Positions 25,541 through 35,992 of a stretch of 64,000 nt of DNA are shown piece after piece. The notes beneath the pieces are model-generated. The model ran no database searches, was not told where the DNA came from, and worked only from the letters and a program-made list of their open reading frames with translations. The position numbers and the translations under genes were made by a program. Source of the stretch: Dudresnaya verticillata (lineage: Eukaryota); the NCBI GenBank assembly GCA_977862235.1, contig OZ374562.1:2170001-2234000 (forward strand), written 5' to 3'. Each line of letters begins with the position of its first letter. The first letter of the stretch is position 1.

Positions 25541-27624
25541 TCTTTGGATTACCAGGAAGTGGAATTCAGTACTGTGGCAAGAAAGCCTGCCCGCGAGTGC
25601 CGCGAGCTCGCAATAGGAGAATGAGGAAGGGAAGTAGAGGGAGAGGAATCGTTGACCACAATAACTCCCATGTTTCTTCACAATAGCGACACGGAGGGGG
25701 TGCAGCTAGCAGCAGATACTTGCAGAAGGGGTATTCTCAAGCAATAGGTCATGAGTTCGAGCAGTGAATAGAACTTTATACTGTTCTATGTGAAACAACC
25801 GCCTTACGTTACCTAGTGCGATACCGCCTAGTGCTAGCCATGAAAGTCGCGACAGCGCGCATAACACATCTTTCACGTCGACAATATGCACCGTTTCGAA
25901 CTGTTGACCGTGAAGAGTTCTGCGCGTATACATCCATGACATGACTGTTATAACAGTGTTTGTGAACGGTACACAAGTACCGAAGTACAGGTAAAATATA
26001 GTGAACGGAAGGAAGCTGTTGATCAGCCGCTCGGGCGGTATCCGTTTGAGACGGAGCAATCACAAATTAATTTATAAATATATATCTAATTTCGCCATGT
26101 GATAGTTCAGAAACGGACATATCAGCAGAAGATGTAGTATAGTCGGTCATATCACTGCAATCATAGCACTGCAATCGCTTTGGTACAATTGTTCGTTAGA
26201 AATCGTGGGATATACTCAGATAAACTTATCCATAGGGACGCAACAGCCATAAATTGACGCAGACGGGTATGTGTGTATGCAGCGCGGTTATCGCGCAGCG
26301 GCGGTTGGAAAACACAAGTGGCGTCTCGAGAGATTTTCTACGAGTTGCTAATCAGCCATCAACGGCCAATGCCAAAAAGGCGTTTACCTTCCAACCGTGA
26401 TAACCGAAGGTACTATTTCAACGGATTTGTGTTCAATGTCTGCGCACAGTCTTTGTGGCGCACAAGAAATTCTATCCGCTGGATGTGATAACCGCTAGAT
26501 ATATGGATACGGATATATGAGCTGCAGCACCGCAGCAAGGGAACGATACGACCGGCCTGGGATGCAAAAATCAACGACTCTTTATCGTCGTTTCTAGGGT
26601 TTCATAAGGAATGGAAGAGACAGAACGGCTGGCTACCACGAAGAGAGGTAGCCGAGAAGAGAAGTGAAGAAGGGGAATGAATAGCTTCTGATCAGCCTCA
26701 GTGTGCTAGGTCCAGCGATAGTCCAGCACTTGCGCACCGGCACACAACACCGGACGGAATAGTTCAATATGCACAGCGCTATAGCATACGATCTTATATA
26801 TCCATGCATGTGGTCTATTCGAATACAACCAGCTGCGTACTATTATGTTTGATTACTGTAGCCAACCTGTGTATTTAGCACCAAGTGGCAAGCTTGCCAC
26901 TTAGTAGCATATAGGCTTCAGGCTGGCTAGGTTAAACATGTTCGACATAGCAAACCTGAACGGAACGTGCACGTTCCCTGTACATTTGGAACCTATGCAC
27001 GGGATGCTCTGTGAAGCATCTGACTCACAGCATAGCTACATGCAACTGCAGTTGCGATTTGTCCCAAATTAGCTATTACTAAAGCCCCTCGGGGCCTATA
27101 CGCCTAGGTACCTAATTCACAGCAAGGATATTGCATATGCAATCATACGGTCTCATAGGATGGATAAATCCATTGGTATACTAAATGACAGGCCACGGCC
27201 CTTCGCCCTATACGGTGATCGAATTTTTTCTGTCATTTACGATAGCTATCATATATCCTGTCATTTACGATAGATATATATCAGATATCTATGGCACAAT
27301 ACAGGAAATAGTAGGTCACATAGTGTGATCGAATTTACGAAACGTGACTGGCGGACTGTGGTCTGTCACATGCATGGATGACAGAAAATGATCTGTCATC
27401 TAGGGTACCGTCATTACGGAAGGCCGTTGCTGTTATACGTGTCAGAGTGCGGTTCAGATATTGTATCTGAAAAATCTGAAAAATATCTCTCATCTTCCAC
27501 CTCACCCGAATTGAATACCCCAACGCACAGGACATATAGCACCACATAGCACATGCCCGGGCCCCGGACCTCCTACTGCAACAGCCACCACCAACCCCGC
27601 ACCATCACCAACTACCTCTACAAA

Positions 27625-28470
27625 ATGGAAGAAGAAGATCTTCTTGATGTTGACATCCGTCGCGGTTATACTAGACCGGTGCGCCACCGCCGCGCACCGC
27701 GTCGTCTCCTCGACAGCAGCGAGGCAACGCCTCCAGGGGGCTCTTCTAGAAACGGGAATACAGCACGCGCTCAGTGCCGTCGCCCGTCTAAGACGATCGC
27801 GACTGTTAACAGAAGAGACTCACCCCGCACCCCGGTCGGGCGGCGACAGCTGGCCGTGCGGGCCGAGCTGTCGCCAGAAGAACTCGAAAAAATCGCCAAC
27901 TCGCCGCGCGCCGCGCGCGTTTCATCGCATTCCAGAACTAGTGATACCCCGCCGACTGCGCAGCGCGCTGCACGCAGCTTGCGATTTTCGCCGCCACCTT
28001 CCCCCACGCATTCGCCCCCAGCCACCCTCCCGGAAGCCGCTCCCGGCGATGTTCGCGCGACCGCTGTAAGGCATCAACAAGTAACCATTGCGACTGCGTG
28101 CATATGCGAGGACGACACCTGTGTCACACAGGTGCGTCTGAGGAGGGCGGGAAGGGCGAACGTCGGTATTTTGGGGTGCCCGCACTGCAACGTAGTTAAG
28201 GTGAAGCCCTGGAACTGTGAGGAAGAGCTCCAGGCTCACCTTAACACGCAGGCGTGCCGGCTGTCTCGCGGCGTGGAACCGCGAGCAAAACCCAAGGCTC
28301 TACTCGGGCGGCGGCTGGTCCACCGCATGAATGATGAAGACAACTGGCTGGTAGTGGAAGGAACTGAACGATTTAGATGCCCCGCGTGCGATACTAGGTT
28401 GAACTACCGCGACTGCTTTACCCACTGCGTCAATTGCTTCCCTTGGAATGGCATCGAGCTGCCAGGTTAG
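27625..28470 (+). CDS. Hypothetical protein, disordered N-half with two C2HC-like zinc fingers (281 aa from AAAATGG)
   Basis: Intact ORF with CPHC...HLNTQAC and CPAC...HCVNC motifs. Alternative ATG at 27553. Confidence 0.6.
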   Translation: MEEEDLLDVDIRRGYTRPVRHRRAPRRLLDSSEATPPGGSSRNGNTARAQCRRPSKTIATVNRRDSPRTPVGRRQLAVRAELSPEELEKIANSPRAARVSSHSRTSDTPPTAQRAARSLRFSPPPSPTHSPPATLPEAAPGDVRATAVRHQQVTIATACICEDDTCVTQVRLRRAGRANVGILGCPHCNVVKVKPWNCEEELQAHLNTQACRLSRGVEPRAKPKALLGRRLVHRMNDEDNWLVVEGTERFRCPACDTRLNYRDCFTHCVNCFPWNGIELPG

Positions 28471-28532
28471 TTTACTGCTTCGAATGTATCGCTAGATCTA
28501 CTGTAGTTGCATGATATACTAGTCTGATAAAG

Positions 28533-29720
28533 CTAATAGTTGTCCGCCAGCGGCAGCGAGTACGGCTCCCGTCTGAACGGGTCCTCTAGCAGATGCCCAA
28601 TCTCCTCAATGCCGAACAGCGTCCAGCTGATTACCGCGATCGTCGGGATGCAAACCATCCCCTGGATCGGCACCAGCACAAGCGGCAGCGTAAGCGTCCA
28701 CAACGAGATCAGCCGCAACGTGTGCCGGTTCCCAGACAGCGACACGGGTCTCTTCACAATCCGCTCGCACTTGCCCATCACGTCGGTCATCTGTACCACA
28801 TCATCTCAATCACGCAAAGCTCCAACTTGTCCCGCTCCACGCTCGCAAACTCGCGCGACCCCGCCTCGGCCTGCCTGCGCAGCAGCCCGTCCTTCCTCTC
28901 CATCGATACCTTGACCACCATCGAGAGCAGCATCAGCACCTCAAGCGGCTGGTTGTCCGCGTCTCGGATGCGTAGCAACATGCCCTCCGCGCACGGCACC
29001 CGCGTGCGTGCCTCGTGCCACTCCGTCTCGACGTGCGCGTCGTGCTCGACCACGCCGGCCACGCGCCGCTCCAGCTCGCCCGCGGACGCCGACATCCCGT
29101 AAAACTGCCGCGCGTCCACCCCCGCCATCATCCCCGTCAGCCCGCGCTGAAGCTCCGCCGGCCCAGCAACGTCCGCCAACAGCTCGGAAAACGGCTCCTC
29201 CTCGCGCCGCCCCTGCAAGTGGTGCATCAGCGTGTACGCAAATCACACTACCAGTCGCCCTGCGACCTCTGCATGCCCATGCGGCATGCACATCACGCGT
29301 AGCCGCGCCGCGCTGCGGGACATGCTCAACACGGCGTTCGAGCGCAGTACAAGCAGCAGCAACATGACCGTGCCGTGAAGGTGTGCGGCAGCAGGGTGAT
29401 GTTGAAGTGGTGCACAATCTCGGGGGAGGTGTATGCCAGGCCGTCGAACAGAACAAACACGACCAACGCGACAACCGTGTTCGCCACGATGTGGCCGCGG
29501 ATGCGGCGCAGCACTACGGACCGCGGCGGCGTGCTCAGCGCGCGCGCCCAGCCCGTCGCGTTGTAGCGCTCCGAGCGCACGATTGCGCAGCGCGGCGTCT
29601 GTCACCCCCGCGAGCTGGAGGCGCAGCGCGTGCGGCGCGGCGCGCGAGCCGGCACCAGGCGCAGCAGCAATTTGCGTGTGGCAGGCGGGATTGGGCGCGA
29701 ACGAAGCGGCAACGATCGCC
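28533..29720 (-). pseudogene. Bestrophin-like (UPF0187/YneE/VCCN-type) anion channel, frameshifted
   Basis: CERIVKRPV...LWTLTLP...LFGIEEIGHLLEDPF and LLLLVLRSNA motifs spread over at least four frame segments. 5' boundary approximate. Confidence 0.75.
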
Positions 29721-29935
29721 AAAGCGGCGGGTGCCGGTGGAGCAGCAGATCGTAGCGGCACAGGTCGCGTTGGACAAGGGCGCGCGGAGCGACGTGGAGC
29801 GCCAACCAGTGTCTTTACAGTGTAGATTGACACTATACAGTAGATAGATAGAAGAGGATTCGTATTGGTTCGGCCACACATGGGTCTGAATCCTTTTGGG
29901 TACTACTATTATTGGGTAGTGGTCCTAATACACTA

Positions 29936-32732
29936 CAGTGCGCGACATCCTTTTAAGGCACCCCCAAATTGCAATTTGCATCTTCAAAACAAGTAAAATG
30001 AACAAAACGCACCACAGTTCTGGAACGCATTTTACGCGCTGAGAACAACGCAATGATCCGTTTTATCATTGGGGCAACCGTTCTAAAGTTATCGGACGTA
30101 ACACTATTCAAAGGTGCGATATAGCCTTATAAGGCAATTCAGGTTTCACGCGTTTGGCGGGAAATCGAAACACTTCTCGTAAAAGAATGGGAACAGAAGT
30201 CTTCTACAACTCTCTACAAACGTCTCTCGCACTTCTCCGTTTCACCGGTGGCATTTTCGTGTCGACACAACATGCAGAAAGGGACACGTCTGTCCCCGTG
30301 GGAGCAGGGAGCAATTATCGCCCTTCACGACGAAGGTTTTTCGCAGAAGCACATCGCCGACAACATTAACCGGTTGCGGTGCGCTGTGCAGAGCTTTCTG
30401 AAGAATCCCGGGAAGTATGCTGCCGGCTTTCGCAAGAAACAGCCGTCGAAAGTCAGTGATGTTACTCGTCGTCGGCTCATTCGCGAAGCATCTAAGCAAC
30501 ACTCGTCGGCATATACCCTCAAGAAGGAACTCGAGTTGGCCGTAAGTGTCCGCACTGTGCAGCGGATGCTGCATAAATTTTCAAATCTCGTTTACAAGAA
30601 GATGAAGATGACCCCACTGCTCACCGCGCGTCACCGCGCGTCATCGCAAAAAGAGGGTTGAATTCGCTCGTGAGTATGTCAGTATGCAATCGCCTGTGTA
30701 AGGAAGTACCTTTTAGGTCTCTTGTGAACTCAAAGAGTGCACTCAATGAGAAAGCCACAGAGCGGGCACCTGGTAGCGGTGGTAGAGCGGGAGGAACCCA
30801 GAGGGTAGACGAGGGCACGTAACCTGATTGGAAGTACGATACTTGTGGTGAAGTGAAAGGCACACCTGTAAGGAGAGCTGATCAGACAATCCCAATAAGG
30901 AGTGATCTCACACGGCACCGGGGTGGTAGAGCTTAGTTCGTAGACCGAAGGGAGTACCTCGAGCGGCAACACCTGTAAGGAGTAAAGGGACGCAACAGAC
31001 AAGGGGGACGGTACAGTGCCAGGGCAGCTACACCGGGACGGAGGTAAGAGGAATCCCTGCACGGGGCTGGCGAGGGGAAACCGTAAAGGAGTATGAGGGT
31101 AAGGCTTAGGGTAAGTCACTTTGCCCAGGGTTGCGTACCCGTTTACTGTAGGACTCGCGGTGGCCACCCATTAATATACTGGGAGATACGCCCCGCGGTC
31201 CGGTCCGTGTGGGCCAGACCCCAATGGGTCTGGTCCACCAGGTGGGTCCGGCCCTACTGGCCCCGGTCACCGTTGCGGACATGCTCGGCATTCTCATTGG
31301 GCGGCCGACACTACGTACTGTACAGCATCATTACAATTACCCAATTACAAATAAATAAATCAACTACTTGGCTCCTATTAGTGGTGCGCGCAGACTCCAG
31401 CAAGGCATACAGTGCTACTGTGTCGCTGCACTCCGCTTCAGCTTTTGGCGCCAGCTCACCGGCGCGCCGGTCGTGAGTCGGGCCAACCGTCGTCAGCACT
31501 CCCAAACGGCCGCTTCACCACAATACTGAAGGTAGTTCACTGGGCGGGCGGTTAACCGGGCACGGGTGACAAGTGTGCTGCGGTGCGGATAGCTTGGAGA
31601 CGTAGTTGGGACCGTAACGTGCTCACCTTTACTGTACAGTGACCGCTACGGGAGATACAGTTATATGGTACTGTGTCCAACTGTCAGGAAGCACCCCTCA
31701 CACTGAGCTTTATACACGCCCCTATTCTAAGATATACTTTCTAAAACAAATAGACAGATACTGAGCTACTGACCTACAGGGTGACAATTGGACTAATCAT
31801 AGACTACCCGTCTTGTCCCTATTGGCACCCTAAGGTAACGCTATTTCAGCCTATAAAGGAGGGCAGAGGGCTCACTTTTGTAAGCCCTGAACTGTATTAA
31901 AGCCTTCCTGGAACAATATCGTTTTCTCTGATGAGAAGAAGTTTAAGGTAGATGGCCTGACGGTTGGGCGAAGTACTGGATCGGTTTATGGAAGGAAGAA
32001 CGCATATTTGCTAAACGGCAGAATGGGGAGGACTCGGTAATGGTTTCGGAAGGAGTTTCGGCAACGGGAAAGACATATTTGGCGACATTAAGTGGCAATA
32101 AGAACTCTTGGAACTACATCAACACGCTTTCGGACCATTTGCTGCCGTTTGTGCAAGCAAAACATGCTACTGGCTTCCTGTTTCAGCACGATAATGCATC
32201 CATACACACCTCTGGGGTGACCAAGGACTGGCTTCGCGACCAGGAAATCGCCGTTTTGGTTTGGCCCGCAAAGAGTCCTGACCGCAATCCGATAGAGAAC
32301 GTCTGGGTACGTCTTGGTAGAGCAGTGTACCGCGTTGCGAGGCATTTCACGACCCTGGAAGAGCTGGAGGATGCTATCCTCTGCGAGTGGGATCGTCTGA
32401 CCCCTGCTTTCCTCATAAATTTGGAGAAAAGCATGCCCAGTCGTTGCGTAGATGTGGTGCGCAATAGAGGAGGAAAGAAGAAGTACTAGAACGGCCGTTA
32501 ACGGAAGACATAGTAGTTCGCATAAAGTGTCTTATAAGGCTGTCGCATCCTTGAGTAGTGTTACGTTCGATAACTTTAGAACGGTTGCCTCAATGATAAA
32601 ACGGATCGTTGCGTTGTCCTCAGCGCGTGAAATGAGTTCCAGAACTGTGATGCGGTTTATTCATGTTACTTGTTTTGATGATGCAATTTGAATTTGGAGG
32701 GTGCCTTAAAAGGATGTCTATGTCGCGCACTG
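29936..32732 (+). mobile_element. Tc1/Tc3-like (DD34E) DNA transposon with ~200-bp TIRs, inactive
   Basis: TA|CAGTGCGCGACATCC... and ...TGTCGCGCACTG termini; TIRs at about 29936-30135 and 32530-32732. Transposase from ATG 30272 (HTH region), FSDEKKF, and QHDNAS...NPIEN with 34 residues between D and E. A 10-bp tandem duplication and a 1-bp deletion shift the frame. Confidence 0.92.
30697..31901. mobile_element. Solo LTR (family B) inserted in the Tc1 transposase
   Basis: TGTAA...TTAAA termini (TTACA with one change), flanked by GCCTG and GCCTT (5-bp TSD, one mismatch). Excision restores MQSPSWNNIVFSDEKKF. Confidence 0.8.
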
Positions 32733-32805
32733 TGCTATATCAATAATTTGTTTTTGTTTTTTTCTGGGTCCACCCATTGAATCGGAGAGCAGTTCTATAA
32801 AACGG

Positions 32806-32867
32806 CTCTTAGAATAGTAACATTACAGTTTCGCGACTCTTAGAATAGCAACATTACAGTTTCGCGA
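32806..32867. repeat. 31-bp tandem duplication
   Basis: CTCTTAGAATAG(T/C)AACATTACAGTTTCGCGA twice. Confidence 0.9.
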
Positions 32868-33450
32868 CACCAATAGGGCGAGGTTTGGGCATGACGGCCT
32901 GTCGTGGGCATCAGGATGGATCGCGGATATAGAGAAGGGCTTGCAAGGAGTGGAAAAAGCAAACCCGAGCGATCCCGAGATCCTGAGACCCTATAGAATG
33001 TACACACGTTGCATGCTTTTTGCAACTCTGAATTATGCAAAGCTTCCACGTATGGAACCCATTGATTGGCTAAGGCTGGCAACGACTGGCGTGTGAAATA
33101 CTTGTTGCGCAGAAAGAAACGTTTTGATGTCGAGTCCCAAATTGGTCTTACAGTACGCATCTTCATCTTCCATATTGCTTTTGACATATGAATTTGAACA
33201 GAGTTTACAGACATCTTTTAGACCAATGGCGGCCTTCCATCGTCCCCAAAGATGGAAACAGGGATATGGCAGGCTATGACTCACTTTCGCGTGTGGCAAA
33301 ATGCGGCGCTTGCCGGCAATACGCTCGGTACACTGCGCTCGCTCGCTCCCACGCGGAGCAACAAATCCTGGCCCAAAGTCCCTTTGGCGTACAAAACGAC
33401 ATTGCCCTCTCCTACGGAGCTGGAGGTGCCAAACGCGCGAGCCCATCATC

Positions 33451-35247
33451 ATGGCCGCCACCGCAGCGCTTCCACCCGCGCTACCAACCCCCTCGCAAGT
33501 CCTCTCTCTCGCCGCACAGGTCCCGTCGCGCCCGACCCCGATTCCGTCGGAGACGAGCCTGCTCGCGCCGTTCATCTCTCTCCTGCACACGTCATGGATT
33601 CGCGACTTCCTGCTGTCCCCGGAGCCGCTGCACCTGCCGTACCTCTCGGCGCCCTCGCTGGCCTCCTCGTCGTTCACGTGCGCGCTCTCGGCCACCCGCG
33701 TCGAGAAGCCCTCGCCCGTTCCGACGCTCGAGCACCCTGAGACCCACCATCTCCGAAACCGGTACCTCTTCGCCCCCGCATTCACCGCCGCTAACGTCAC
33801 GGCCGGCTTCGGCGTCATGGACTGCGCCATGCACCTTGAGCAGCACTCCTCTCCTGCGCAGTGGATACTCTCTTGCGAGAGAGTCCTCATGTTCCGGTTT
33901 GTGCGCGACTCGGAGAGCCACACAGCGTGCGAAGTCTACGACGCTCCGGAATATGATGTTATCCTGCTTTTCCACACCCATTTCATCTCGTCCACCCGCT
34001 CTCGTTCTGTCACCGCCCTCTTCACTCGTAGCGTGCTCCACGCCGCGTTGAAGGAAGGCGAAGAAGTCCCGGAACCGAATGCTTTTCTCCCCGCGCTGCA
34101 GTTTGTTCAGCACGATGAGCAGACCCACGCGTGCAAGGTCTGTGCACAGCCAGCGACGGCGTACTGTGGCTGCAAGCTACCAACTATGAAGCCACGCCAC
34201 CCATTCGACAACGACCACTTCCGCAAGTCGATGACGCTGCACCAGGGCGTGTACGAGTCGATTGCCAACAAGCAGATGTATGCTTTCGGTAAGCGTAGCC
34301 GGCAGATTCTGTTAGGCGCACGCGTACAAATCAGCAGTACGGTGGACTGTGGATTCGTGCAGGATGCCGCCGCTTGGGCTCTAACCCAAGGCCTGGGTAG
34401 CGTACCGCCGTCCGACCCACGTACTGGCGTTGTCGCCATCGAATGGCAGGAGACTGCCACGGATAAAGAACAGGGGGAAGACCTTATTTCCGAGTTTCTG
34501 AGAGACGATGGTGCTGGGGATGCGCTACTGGCTGAGATGGGTAGCGGGTCGGCCGATGGCTCGGCCGAAGGAGCGTCCGAGCCGAGCAGTTCGGCACTTG
34601 CGGCCCGCCTGAATGGCAACCAAGATAGCGGTGTAAGTGTGTATTTGGGTTCGTCCACGGATGCTAATGACATTGCGGAGAGGATTGAGTCGCCTATGTA
34701 TGGGTGCCAGGCAGAGGAGGAGTGGTGGCATAATCAGAGCGTAAGTTGGGCCCCTGAATCTATCAGGGAACCATTAGCTACACCGACGGACAAGGCCAAC
34801 GTGGCCGGCAGTGATGAAGTCCGTGCCGGCAGTATTTCAAAGGGCGATATGTCGAACAATACATGTCGCAATATTGAACAAGGAAGCTCAGAACGGGGTG
34901 ACGTTGCGTCGGGCTCTGGGGTTTCAGGGAACAATGAAACGCAATGCGAGCAGGGTGCAAGTGGCAACGGGGCTATGCCCGCTGTGGAAGCTTCTGGGAG
35001 AAAGGAAGGCGAGGAAGAAAAGAAGGCTCGGCTGTTGGCGGAGAGGAGACTGCGACTGATCGCACGACGCGAGCGGAATCGAATAGCGGCTCGAAGGTCA
35101 AACTTGAAGCGAAAGCAAACGAGGGATGGTCTGGTTGCGGAGCTTGAGGGCGCGAAGGGTAGAGTTGAGGAGCTGCGAGGAATGGAGATGCACCTGCGAC
35201 GGGAAAACCTACGCTTGCGGGGCTTGGCCGGGGGCCTGTCACGGTAG
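33451..35247 (+). CDS. bZIP transcription factor with uncharacterised Cys-containing N-terminal domain (598 aa)
   Basis: C-terminal RRERNRIAARRSNLKRK followed by a leucine heptad. Start chosen by alignment with the paralogue (PPALPTPSQ). The ORF is open from 33301. Confidence 0.85.
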   Translation: MAATAALPPALPTPSQVLSLAAQVPSRPTPIPSETSLLAPFISLLHTSWIRDFLLSPEPLHLPYLSAPSLASSSFTCALSATRVEKPSPVPTLEHPETHHLRNRYLFAPAFTAANVTAGFGVMDCAMHLEQHSSPAQWILSCERVLMFRFVRDSESHTACEVYDAPEYDVILLFHTHFISSTRSRSVTALFTRSVLHAALKEGEEVPEPNAFLPALQFVQHDEQTHACKVCAQPATAYCGCKLPTMKPRHPFDNDHFRKSMTLHQGVYESIANKQMYAFGKRSRQILLGARVQISSTVDCGFVQDAAAWALTQGLGSVPPSDPRTGVVAIEWQETATDKEQGEDLISEFLRDDGAGDALLAEMGSGSADGSAEGASEPSSSALAARLNGNQDSGVSVYLGSSTDANDIAERIESPMYGCQAEEEWWHNQSVSWAPESIREPLATPTDKANVAGSDEVRAGSISKGDMSNNTCRNIEQGSSERGDVASGSGVSGNNETQCEQGASGNGAMPAVEASGRKEGEEEKKARLLAERRLRLIARRERNRIAARRSNLKRKQTRDGLVAELEGAKGRVEELRGMEMHLRRENLRLRGLAGGLSR

Positions 35248-35992
35248 CTTTGGTCGCCGGTCTCTGCAGTCGATCACTCACGAGCAGATGCGGGCGTTGT
35301 AACAACAGTTCCACACATATAAATTCTATGCTGTATGCCTTATCCGTGAATCCGACGGGGGAATGGATGGCTGAAGACAGATGTGGTTGAAACGGCGTGT
35401 GCCCCGCAGGATGCTTTCGGAGATTTTGCGAAGTGTTTTTGTCTTGGCTATCCTTAACAGGATGAAGCTCTCAATGCGAAGCTGTCGAGGGGTTGCGGGA
35501 CGCGTTGTTCACAGAGCGAAGGTGATAACCTGCAAAAATGGCGCTCTCGACGAATGTTGGAGAAGCTATTCTAGTCCTCGATCCTCACATCACTGCTTGG
35601 CATGCGACGGAGGGGCCCGATGCATTCTTATTTGGGAGTCAAGCTACATAGTGGCCCTTGTTCTACCATCGCCATGGCCGTAACAGCTCTTTCATCCCAA
35701 TGGCAACGACAAGCATGTTTTGACACTCTGCCCCCCAACCTCGGCACATAGTTTTGATGCCAGGCTGCACCTCTCCTCCATGTCATTGCAAATGAATGAG
35801 TACGTCTCCAGAGCGCGAGCGAATGCAAGCTACGTGTACAGAGACCGGGGCATTTACGAAGGTATACGTACATACTATACACATTCGAGACGCCGTTGGG
35901 CGAGTCTATCGATATGCTCTCGAGTTAGAAATACGTCGTGTGGGGTCCATTGCGTTGTTCTGTATCGAAAACCTGCTCGCAAACATCGTTGG

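Noticed and set aside
32806..32867. Direct repeats here and at 59927-59968 as possible CRISPR arrays
   Set aside because: Only two adjacent units, no unique spacers, no cas genes, eukaryotic context.
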